DNA of 64,000 bases from the human T2T-CHM13v2.0 reference genome, Homo sapiens. The notes below the pieces were generated by a model that had not been told where the DNA came from, made no database searches, and saw nothing but the letters and a program-made list of their open reading frames with translations. Below, piece by piece: positions 13,320 through 26,300 of this stretch. Position numbers and translations under genes: made by a program. Positions within the stretch are counted from its first letter, which is position 1. Each line of letters starts with the position of its first letter. The DNA lies in NCBI RefSeq assembly GCF_009914755.1, contig NC_060940.1. One strand, given 5' to 3'.

Positions 13320-16300
13320 TCAAGTGCATTCGATGATATCATTCGATTCCATTTGATGATAATTCCATTTGATTCCATGCGATGATTCTATTCGATTCCA
13401 TTCAATGATAATTCCATTCAATTCAGTGATTCCTCTGGACTCCATTTGATGATGATTCCATTCAATGATTCCATTCGATTCTATTCCAAAATGATTCCAT
13501 TTGAATCCATTTGATGATGATTCCATTAGATTCCATTTGATGATTCCATTCGATTCCATTTGACGATGATTCCATTCGATTCCATTTGATGATTCCATTC
13601 TATTCTATTCGATGATGATTCCATTCGATTCCATTTGATGATGATTGGATTCGATTCCATTTGATGATTTCATTTGATTCCATTCGTTAATGATTTCGAT
13701 CAACTCCATTCGATGATTCCATTTGATTCCATTCGATAATGATTACATCCGAGTCCATTCGATGATTCCATTTGAGCCCGTTCGATAATTCCATTTGAGT
13801 CCAATCAATGATTCCATTCATTTCCATTCAATGATTCCATTCGAGTCCATTTGATCATTCTGGTAGGGTCCGTTCGATGTTGATTCCATTGGAGTGCATT
13901 CGATGATTCCATTCGAGTCCATTTTATGATTTGATTCGAGTCCTTTCGATGATTCCATTAGATTCCACTCGATGCTGATTTCATTCGAGTCCATTCGACA
14001 CTTCCAATCGATTCCATTTGATGTTTCCATTCGAGTCCAATTGATGATTCCATTCAATTCCATTCGATGATGATTCCATACGATTCCATTCTGTGATGAT
14101 TCCATGTGATTGCATTCAATGATGATTCCTTTCGACTGCATTCGATTATGATTCATTTCGTGTTCATTCTATGGTTCCACAGGTTTCCATTCGATGACGT
14201 TTCCGTTCGTGTCCATTCCATTATTCCATTCTATTTCATTTGATGATGATTCCATTCGATTCCATTCATTGGTGATTCCACTCAATTCCATTCAATGATT
14301 CCATTCCATTTCTTTCAACAATAATTCCATTACTTTCTATTCGATGATCCACTTGATTCCATTTGGCGATGATTCCATTCGTGTCCATTCGATGATTCCA
14401 TTTGATTCCATATGATGATGATTCCATTCGATTCCATACCATGATGATTCCATTCGAGTCCATTCAATGGTGATTCCATTCAATTCCATTCGATGATTCC
14501 TTCCGATTCCATTCGATGATGATGGCATTCGATTCCTTTCAATCATTCCCTTTGATTCCATTCAAAGGTGATTTCATTCAAGTCCATTCGATAATTGCAT
14601 TCGATTCCATTCTATGATGATTCCATTCGAGTCCATTTGATGATTGCATTCAATTCAAGTCAATGATGATTCCATTTAATTCCACTCGATGATTCCATTG
14701 GATTCCATTCGATGATGATTCCATTCAAATCCATTCGATAATTCAATTCAAGTCCATTCGATGATGATTCCAATCGAATCCATTCAAAGATTCCATTCAA
14801 TTCCATTCGATGATGATTCCCTTAGATTCCATTCGATGATTCCACTTGATTCCATTTACGATGATTCCATTCGATTCCATGTGATGAATCCATTGAATTC
14901 TATTCAATGATGTTTCCATTTGATTCCATTGGACCATGATTGCCTTTGATTCCATTCAATGATTCCATTCGGTTCCATTTGATGATGATTCCGTTCGATT
15001 CCATTTCATTATTCCATTTGATTCCATTGGATGAGTCCATTCGATTACATTCGATGATTATTCCATTCGAGTGCATTAGATGATTGCATTCGAGTCCATT
15101 CGATGATTCCATTCGATTCCATTCGATGTTGATTCTGTTCAAATCCATTCGATGATTCCACTCGATTCCATTCGATGACTCCATTTGATCCCATTCGATG
15201 ATTTCCTGTGATTCCCTTTGATGATCATTCTATTTGATTCAATTCGGTGATTTCATTTCATTCCATTCAGTGATGTTTCCATTCGACTGTATTCGATGAT
15301 GATTCCATTCGACTCCATTCGATTATGATTTCATTCAATTCCATTCAATAATGATTCCCTTCGAGTCCATTCGATGATTCCATTCGATTCCATTCATCGA
15401 TGATTTGATTCGTTTCCATTCGATGATTCCATTTGATTCCACTTGATGATGATTCCATTCGAGTCCATTTGATGATTCCATTCGAGTCTATTTATGTATT
15501 ATATTCGTGTCCACTTCATGATTCCATTCAATTCCATTTAATGTTGATTCCATTTGATTCCATTTGATGATTCAGTTCGATTCCTTGCAATGATTCCCTA
15601 CGATTCCTTTCTCTGATGATTCCATTCGATTCCATTCATTGATGATTTCATTCGACTCCATTCGATGATGATTCCTTTCGATTCCATTTGACGATGTTTC
15701 CATTCGAGTCCATTCGATGATGATTCTATTCAATTCTGTTCTATTATGATTCCATTCGATTTCATTCAATGCTTCTATTTGATTCCATTCGATGATGATT
15801 CCATCTCTTTCCCTTCGATGATTCCATTTGATTCCATTCAGTGATGATTCCATTTGATTCCATCTGATGATGATTTCACTTGATTCATTTCAATGATGAT
15901 TCCATTCAAGTCCATTCGATGATTCCATTGGAGTCCAAACGATCATTCCGTTCGATTCCATTCAATGGTGATTCCATTCATGTCCATTCGATGAATCCAT
16001 TCAATTCCATTCGATGATGACTCCATTCGAGTACATTCGATGATTCCATTTGATTCCATTTGAAGATGATTCCATTCAATTCCATTCGAAGATGATTCCA
16101 TTCAATTCCATTCGATGATGATTCCGTATGAATCCATTCTCTGATTATTCCATTCGATTCCATTCATTGACGATTCCATTCAATTCCATTCAATGATGAT
16201 TCTCTTCTATTCCATTCGATGATTCCGGTCGATTCCATTCGATGATGATTCCATTAGATTCCATTCGATTGTTGCATTCGATTCCCTTCGATGATGATTC

Positions 16301-17438
16301 CTTTGAATTCCATTCGATTATCATTCCGTATGAATCCATTTGATGATTATTCCATTGGATTCCTTTCAATGATGATTCCATTCGATTCCATTTGATGATG
16401 TTTCTCTTGTATTCCATTGGATAATTCCTTTCAGTTCCCTTCGATGATTATTCTTTCGAGTCAATTCGATGATTCTATTCCATTCCCTTCGATGATGATT
16501 CCATTTCACTCCATTTGATGATTCCATTCGACTCAATTTGGTGATGATTCAATTCGATGACATTCGATGACTCCATTCAATTTCATTTGATGATGATTAC
16601 ATTCGAGTCCATTTGATGATTGTATTCCTTTCCTTTTGATGATTATTCCATTCGTGTCTATTCAAAGGTTCCATTCTATTCCATTCAATGATGATTGCAT
16701 TTGATTCCATTCAATGATTATGGCTATCGATTCCACTCGTTGATTCCATTTGATTCCGTTCGATGATTATTCCGTTAGATTCCATTAGAAGATTCCATTC
16801 TATTTTATTCAATGATTCCAATGGATTCCATTCAATGATGATTCCATTCGACTCCATTCAGTGATTCCATTCGAGTCCATTTGATGATTCCATTCTTTTC
16901 CATTTGATGATGATTCCATTAGGGTCCATTCAATGATTCCATTCGAGTCCATTCGTTAATGCCTTTCGAGTCCTTTTGATCACTACATTCGAGTCCATTC
17001 AATGATTCTATTCGATTCCATTCCATGATGATTCCATTCGAGTTCATTCGATGATTGCATTCGAGTCCATTTGATGATTCCATATGATTCCCTTCGACAA
17101 TGATTTCATTCGTGTCCATTTGATGATTCCATTCATTTCCTATCGATTCAAGTGTATTCGATGATTCCATTCAAATCCATTCGATGATGATTCCATTCCA
17201 GTCCATTCGATCATTCCACTTGATTCCATTTGATGACTATTCCATTCAAATCCATTTGATGATTCCATTCGATTCCATTCGATGTTACCATTCGAGTATA
17301 TACGATGATTCCACTCGATTCCATTTGATGATTATTCCATTGGAGTCCACTTAGTGAATCCTTTAGATTCTACTCGAAGATGATTCCATTCGAGTCCATT
17401 CGATGATACCATTCAATTCCATTCGTTGATGCTTCAAT
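13320..17438 (+). repeat. Unit U3, B-type short variant, 4119 bp
   Basis: Colinear with A to ~15483, then a distinct ~1.8-kb block, rejoining A at CCACTCGATTCCATTTGATGATTATTCCATTGGAGTCCACTTAG (17311). Confidence 0.9.
15484..17305 (+). repeat. B-specific HSat2 block, copy 1 (~1.82 kb)
   Basis: Unique k-mers (TTTATGTATTATATTCGTG, CAGTTCGATTCCTTGCAATG, ATTATGGCTATCG, GAGTATATACG) not seen in A or C units. Confidence 0.88.
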
Positions 17439-20400
17439 TCAAGTGCATTCGATGATATCATTCGATTCCATTTGATGATAATTCCATTTGATTGCATGCG
17501 ATGATTCTATTCGATTCCATTCAATGATAATTCCATTCAATTCAGTGATTCCTCTGGACTCCATTTGATGATGATTCCATTCAATGATTCCATTCGATTC
17601 TATTCGAAAATGATTCCATTTGAATCCATTTGATGATGATTCCATTAGATTCCATTTGATGATTCCATTCGATTCCATTCGATGATGATTCCATTCGATT
17701 CCTTTTGATGATTCCATTCTATTGTATTCGATGATGATTCCATTCGATTCCATTCGATGATGATTGGATTCGATTCCATTTGATGATTTCATTTGATTCC
17801 ATTCGATAATGATTTCGATCAATTCCATTCGATGATTCCATTCGATTCCATTCGATAATGATTACATCCGAGTCCATTCGATGATTCCATTTGAGCCCGT
17901 TCGATAATTCCATTTGAGTCCAATCAATGATTCCATTCATTTCCATTCAATGATTCCATTCGAGTCCATTTGATCATTCCGGTAAGGTCCGTTCGATGTT
18001 GATTCCATTGGAGTGCATTCGATGATTCCATTCGAGTCCATTTTAGGATTTGATTCGAGTCCTTTCGATGATTCCATTCGATTCCACTCGATGATTTCAT
18101 TCGAGTCCATTCGACACTTCCAATCGATTCCATTTGATGTTTCCATTCGATTCCAATTGATGATTCCATTCAATTCCATTCGATGATGATTCCGTACGAT
18201 TCCATTCTGTGATGATTCCATGTGATTGCATTCAATGATGATTCCTTTCGATTGCATTCGATTATGATTCATTTCGTGTTCATTCTATGGTTCCACAGGT
18301 TTCCATTCGATGATGTTTCCATTCGTGTCCATTCCATGATTCCATTCTATTCCATTTGAAGATGATTCCATTCGATTCCGTTCATTGGTGATTCCACTCA
18401 ATTCCATTCAATGATTCCATTCCATTTCTTTCAACAATGATTCCATTAGTTTCTATTCGATGATCCACTTGATTCCATTTGACGATGATTCCATTCGTGT
18501 CCATTCGATGATTCCATTTGATTCCATATGATGATGATTCCATTCGATTCCATACGATGATGATTCCATTCGAGTCCATTCAATGGTGATTCCATTCAAT
18601 TCCATTCGATGATTCCTTTCGATTCCATTCAATGATGATGGCATTCAATTCCTTTCGATCATTCCCTTTGATTCCATTCAAAGGTGATTTCATTCAAGTC
18701 CATTCGATAATTGCATTCGATTCCATTCTATGATGATTCCATTCGAGTCCATTTGATGATTCCATTCAATTCAAGTCAATGATGATTCCATTCGATTCCA
18801 CTCGATGATTCCATTGGATTCCATTCGATGATGATTCCATTCAAATCCATTCGATAATTCAATTCAAGTCCATTCGATGATGATTCCGATCGAATCCATT
18901 CAAAGATTCCACTCAATTCCATTCGATGATGATTCCCTTAGATTCCATTCGATGATTCCACTTGATTCCATTTACGATGATTCCATTCGATTCCATGTGA
19001 TGATTCCATTCAATTCTATTCAATGATGTTTCCACTTGATTCCATTCGAACATGATTGCCTTTGATACCATTCAATGATTCCATACGGTTCCATTTGATG
19101 ATGATTCCATTCGAGTGCATTAGATGATTCCATTCGAGTCCATTCGATGATTCCATTCGATTCCATTCGATGTTGATTCTGTTCAAATCCATTCGATGAT
19201 TCCACTCGATTCCATTCGATGACTCCATTTGATCCCATTCGATGATTTCCTTTGATTCCCTTTGATGATCATTCCATTTGATTCAATTCGGTGATTTTAT
19301 TTGATTCCATTCAGTGATGTTTCCATTCAACTCCTTTCGATGATGATTCCATTCGACTCCATTCGATTATGATTTCATGCAATTCCATTCGATAATGATT
19401 CCCTTCAAGTCCATTCGATGATTCCATTCGATTCCATTCAACGATGATTTGATTCGTGTCCATTCGATGATTCCATTTGATTCCATTTGATGATGATTCC
19501 ATTCGAGTCCCTTTGATGATTCCATTCAATTCCATTCTCCGATGATTTCTTTTGAGCCCATTCAATGCTTCCACTCGATTCCATATGATGATGACCCCAT
19601 TTGATGAAATTCCATGATGATTCCATTCGCTTGCATTCGATGATGATTCCACTTGAGTCCGTTAGAAGATTCTATTCAATTACATTCCATGACGATTCTG
19701 TTCGAGTCCATTTGATGATTCCATTAGACTCCATTCGACGATGATTCCATTCGATGTTATTCGATGATGATTCCATTCAACTCCATTCGATGTTTCCATT
19801 CGAGTTCATTCTATTATTCCATTAGATTCCATTCGATGATGATTCCATTCGATTCCATTTGATGATTGCATTCTATTTCATTTGATGATGATTCCATTCG
19901 AGTCCATTCGATGATTCCATTCGAGTCCATTTAATGAATCCATTGGTTTCAATTCTATGATGATTACATTGGATTCCATTCGTTGATGATTTCATTCGAT
20001 TCCATTCAATGATGATTCCATTCAATTCCATTCAATGATTCCACTGAATTCCATACGATGATGATTCCATTTGATTTGATTCGACAGTGAGCCATTCGAT
20101 TCAATTCCATGATGATTCTATTTGATTCAATTGGTTGACATTTCCATTCGATTCCATTCGATGATGATTCCATTTGATTCCATTCAAAGATGATTCCATT
20201 CTAGCCCATTCAATCATTCCATTCGATTCTATTCAATGATGATTCCATTCATGTCGATTTGGTGATTCCATTTGACTTCATTTGATGATGATTCCTTTCA
20301 AGTTCATTAGATGATTCCATTCGATTCCATTTGATGATGATCCCATTCGAGTCTATTCAGTGATTCCACTCGTTTCCATTCCATGATGATTCCATTCCAT

Positions 20401-23340
20401 TCCATTCAATGATTCCATTCGATTCCGTTTGATGATGATTTCATTCGAGTCCATTTGATGATTCCATTTGATTCCATTTGATGATGATTACATTCGAGTC
20501 CATACGATGATTCCACTCAATTCCATATGATGATGATTCCATTCGATTCCATTCGATGATTCCAGTCTATTCTATTCAATGGTGATTCCATTCGAGTACA
20601 TTAGATGATTCCATTCGATTCCATTCAATGATGATTCTATTTGTGTCCCTTAGATGGTTCCACATGATTCCATTTCATGATGATACTATTTGAGCCCATC
20701 CAATGATTCCCTTCGATTCCATTCGATGAGGATTCCATTCGATTCAATTCATTGGTGATTCTATTCAATTCAATTCTTTGATTCCATTCCATTCCATTCG
20801 ACAATGATTCCATTCGATTTCCTTCGATGATTCCACTCCATTCCACTTGACATTGATTCCATTCGATTCCATTCAATGATTCCGTTTCATTCCAGTGGAT
20901 GATGATTGCCATCGATTCCATTCGATCACTCCATTCTATTCCATTTGATGATGATTACATTCGATTCCATTTGATGATTCCATCTGATTCTATTCGAGGA
21001 TTCCATTTGATTCCATTCGATGATGATTCCATTCGAGTGCATTTGATGATTTCATTCGAGTACATCCAATGATTCCATTCGAGTCCATTTGATGATTCCA
21101 TTTGATTCCATTTGATTATGATTCTACTAGAGTCCATTCAATGACTCCCTTCGAATCCATTCAACAATTCCATTCAAGGCCATTCGATGATTCCATTTCA
21201 TGATTCCATTCGAGTCCATTTAATCATTACAGTCGAGTCCATTTGGTGATTCCACTGGATTTCTTTTGATAATGATACCATTCAATTACATTTGATGATG
21301 ATCCCATTCAATTTCATTTGATGGTGATTCCATTAGAGTCCATTCGATGATTTCATTCGAGTCCCTTCATTGATTCCATCCGATTTCATTGGATGATGAC
21401 TCCATTCGAGTCCATTCGATGATTCCACTCGATTCCATTAGATGATTCCATTGGAGTCCATTTGATTGTTCCATTCGATTCTATTCGATTCCTTTCGAAG
21501 ATTATTCCATTTGAGTCCATTCGATGATGATTCCATTCCATTCCATTCGATGATTCCGTTTGATTCCATTCGATGATTCCCTTCGATTCCTTTCTTTGAT
21601 GATTCCATTCCATTCCACTCAATGATTCCATTCGAATCTATTCCATGATGATTCCTTTCGATTCCATTCGCTGATGTTTCCGTTCAATTCCATTCGATGA
21701 TGATTCCATTCGATTCCATTCATTGAGGATTCCATTTGATTCCATTCAATGATGATTCCATTCTATTCCATTCAATGATTGCATTCAATTCCATTCAATG
21801 ATTATCCCCTTAGAGTAAACTCAACGATTCCATTCAATACCATTCGATGATGATTCCTTTTGAGTCCATTCAATGATTTCATTCAAGTCCATTTGACGAT
21901 TCCTTTCAATTCCCTTCTATGATGATTCACTTCTCGTCCATTGGATGATTCCATTTCATTCCATTCGATGATGATTCCATTCGATTCCATTCGATGATTC
22001 CGTTCGATTGCATTCGATGATTCCATTATATTCCAGTCAACGATGATTCCATTCGAGTCCATTCGATGATTCCTTTAGAGTACATTTAATGATTGCTTTG
22101 TTTTCAATTCGAAGATGATTACATTGGATTCCATTCTATGATACCATTCGATTCCATTCAATGATGATTCCACTCAAATCCATTGGATGATTCCATTCGT
22201 GTCCATTCGGTGATTTCATTAGATTCCATTCGAGGATGATTCCATTCGATTCCATTCGATGATTCCATTCAATTCCATTCGATGATGATTCCATTCCAGT
22301 CCATATGATCATTCCATTTGATTTCATTCGATGATGATTCCATTCGATTCCATTCGATGATTCCATTCTATTCCATTCGATGATGATTCCATTCGAGTCC
22401 ATTCGATGATTCCATTCGAGTCCATTTAATGATTCCATTGGGTTCAATTCAATGATGATTACATTGGATTCCGTTCTATGATTCCATTCAATTCCGTTCA
22501 TTGACAATTTGATTCCATTCGATGATGATTCCATTTGAGTTCATTCGATGATTCTATTCGATTCTCTTCGATGGTGATTCAATTCTATTATATTGGATGA
22601 TTCCATTCGATTCCATTTGATGTTGATTCAATTCGATTCTATTCGATGATGATTCCATTGGATTTCACTTGATGATTCTATTCGATTCCATTCAATGATG
22701 ATTCACTTCTCGTCCATTGGATGATTCCATTTCATTCCATTCGATGATGATTCCATTCGATTCCATTCGATGATTCCATTTGATTCCATGCGTCGGTGAG
22801 CAATTCGATTCAATTCCATGATGATTCTATTTGATTCAATTAGATGATGTTTCCATTCGAATCCATTCCATGATTATTCCATTGGAATCCATTCGGCGAT
22901 GATTCCATATGAGTCAATTCAATGATGATTCCATATGGGTCCGTTCGATGATAATTCCATTTGATTTCATTCGGTGCTTCTATTCAATTCCAGTCGATGA
23001 TGATTCCGTTGGAGTCCATACGATGATTCCATTTGATTTCATTTGATGATGATTCCATTCGATGATGATTACATTGGATTCCATTCTATGATTCCATTCA
23101 ATTCCATTCGTTGATGATTCGATTCCATTCAATGATGATTCCATTTGAGTTCATTCGATGATTCTATTCGATTCCGTTCGATGGTGATTCAATTCTCTTA
23201 TATTGGATGAATCCACTCGATTCCATTTGATGATTATTCCATTGGAGTCCACTTAGTGAATCCTTCAGATTCTACTCGAAGATGATTCCATTCAAGTCCA
23301 TTCGATGATACCATTCAATTCCATTCGTTGATGCTTCCAT
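17439..23340 (+). repeat. Unit U4, C-type deletion variant, 5902 bp
   Basis: Relative to 6112: +16, +3, -3, -72, -23, -170, -10 (=5853) plus a private +49 insertion = 5902, which equals the landmark spacing. Confidence 0.9.
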
Positions 23341-26300
23341 TCAAGTGCATTCGATGATATCATTCGATTCCATTTGATGATAATTCCATTTGATTCCATG
23401 CGATGATTCTATTCGATTCCATTCAATGATAATTCCATTCAGTTCAGTGATTCCTCTGGACTCCATTTGATGATGATTCCATTCAATGATTCCATTCGAT
23501 TCTATTCGAAAATGATTCCATTTGAATCCATTTGATGATGATTCCATTAGATTCCATTTGGTGATTCCATTCGATTCCATGCGACGATGATTCCATTCGA
23601 TTCCATGTGATGATTCCATTCTATTCTATTCGATGATGATTCCATTCGATTCCATTCGATGATGATTGGATTCGATTCCATTTGATTATTTCATTTGATT
23701 CCATTCGTTAATGATTTCGATCAACTCCATTCGATGATTCCATTCGATTCCATTCGATAATGATTACATCCGTGTCCATTCAGTGATTCCATTTGAGCCC
23801 GTTCAATAATTCCATTTGAGTCCAACCAATGATTCCATTCATTTCCATTCAATGATTCCATTCGAGTCCATTTGATCATTCCGGTAGGGTCCATTCGATG
23901 TTGATTCCATTGGAGTGCATTCGATGATTCCATTCGAGTCTATTTTATGATTTGATTCGAGTCCTTTCGATGATTCCATTCGATTCCACTCGATGATGAT
24001 TTCATTCGAGTCCATTCGACACTTCCAATCGATTCCATTTGATGTTTCCATTCGAGTCCAATTGATGATTCCATTCAATTCCATTCGATGATGATTCCGT
24101 ACGATTCCATTCTGTGATGATTCCATGTGATTGCATTCAATGATGATTCCTTTAGATTGCATTCGATTGTGATTCATTTCGTCTTCATTCTATGGTTCCA
24201 CAGGTTTCCATTCATGTCCATTCCATTATTCCATTCTATTCCATTTGATGATGATTCCATTCGATTCCATTCATTGGTGATTCCACTCAATTCCATTCAA
24301 TGATTCCATTCCATTTCTTTCAACAATGATTCCATTAGTTTCTAATCGATGATCCACTTGATTCCATTTGACGACGATTCCATTCTTGTCCATTCGATGA
24401 TTCCATTTGATTCCATATGATGATGATTCCATTCGATTCCATACCATGATGATTCCATTCGAGTCCATTCAATGGTGATTCCATTCAATTCCATTCGATG
24501 ATTCCTTTCGATTCCATTCGATGATGATGGCATTCGATTCCTTTCAATCATTCCCTTTGATTCCATTCAAAGGTGATTTCATTCAAGTCCATTCGATAAT
24601 TGCATTCGATTCCATTCTATGATGATTCCATTCGAGTCCATTTGATGATTCCATTCAATTCAAGTCAATGATGATTCCATTCGATTCCATTCGATGATTC
24701 CATTGGATTCCATTCGATGATGATTCCATTCAAATCCATTCGATAATTCAATTCAAGTCCATTCGATGATGATTAAAATCGAATCCATTCAAAGATTCCA
24801 TTCAGTTCCATTCGATGATTCCCTTAGATTCTATTCGATGATTCCACTTGATTCCATTTACGATGATTCCATTCGATTCCATGTGATGATTCCATTCAAT
24901 TCTATTCAATGCTGTTTCCATTTGATTCCATTCGACCATGATTGCCTTTGATTCCATTCAATGACTCCATTCGGTTCCCTTTGATGATGATTCCGTTCGA
25001 TTCCATTTCATTATTCCATTTGATTCCATTGGATGAGTCCATTCGATTACATTCGATGATTATTCCATTCGAGTGCATTAGATGATTCCATTCGAGTCCA
25101 TTCGATGATTCCATTCGATGTTGATTCTGTTCAAATCCATTCGATGATTCCACTCGATTCCATTCGATGACTCCAGTTGATCCCATTCGATGATTTCCTT
25201 TGATTCCCTTTGATGATCATTCCATTTGATTCAATTCGGTGATTTCATTTGATTCCATTCAGTGATGTTTCCATTCGACTCCATTCGATGATGATTCCAT
25301 TCGACTCCATTCGATTATGATTTCATTCAATTCCATTCGATAATGATTCCCTTCGAGTCCATTCGATGATTCCATTCGATTCCATTCAACGATGATTTGA
25401 TTCGTGTCCATTCGATGATTCCATTTGATTCCACTTGATGATGATTCCATTCGAGTCCATTTGATGATTCCATTCAATTCCATTCTCCGATGATTTCTTT
25501 TGAGGCCATTCAATTCTTCCACTCGATTCCATATGATGATGACTCCATTCGATGAAATTCGATGATGATTCCATTCGCTTGCATTCGATGATGATTCCAC
25601 TTGAGTCCATTAGAAGATTCTATTCAATTACATTCCATGACGATTCCGTTCGAGTCCATTTGATGATTCCATTAGACTCCATTCGACGATGATTCCATTC
25701 GATGTTATTCGATGATTCCATTCGATCTCATTCGATGATGATTCCATTCAACTCCATTCGATGTTTCCATTCGAGTTCATTCTATTATTCCATTAGATTC
25801 CATTCGATGATGATTCCATTCGATTCCATTTGATGATTGCATTCTATTTCATTTGATGATGATTCCATTCGAGTCCACTCGATGATTCCATTCGAGTCCA
25901 TTTAATGAATCCATTGGTTTCAATTCTATGATGATTACATTGGATTACATTCGTTGATGATTTCATTCGGATCCATTCAATGATGATTCCATTCAATTCC
26001 TTTCAATGTTTCCATTCAATTCCATACGATGATGATTCCATTTGATTTGATTCGACAGTGAGCCATTCGATTCAATTCCATGATGATTCTATTTGATTCA
26101 ATTGGTTGACATTTACATTCGATTCCATTCGATGATGATTCCCTTTGATTCCGTTCAAAGATGATTCCATTCTAGCCCATTCAATCATTCCATTCGATTC
26201 TATTCAATGATGATTCCATTCATGTCGATTTGGTGATTCCATTTGACTTCATTTGATGATGATTCCTTTCAAGTTCATTAGATGATTCCATTCGATTCCA

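Noticed and set aside
16305-16310. EcoRI site as a B-block-specific marker
   Set aside because: GAATTC also arises sporadically in other units (e.g. ~20046, ~26659, ~35642, ~44117, ~56367), so it is not diagnostic.
15484-17305. B-specific block as a mobile element insertion
   Set aside because: It is itself HSat2 sequence and replaces rather than interrupts the unit. It has no terminal repeats, poly(A) tail, target-site duplication or Alu/L1/LTR-like sequence.
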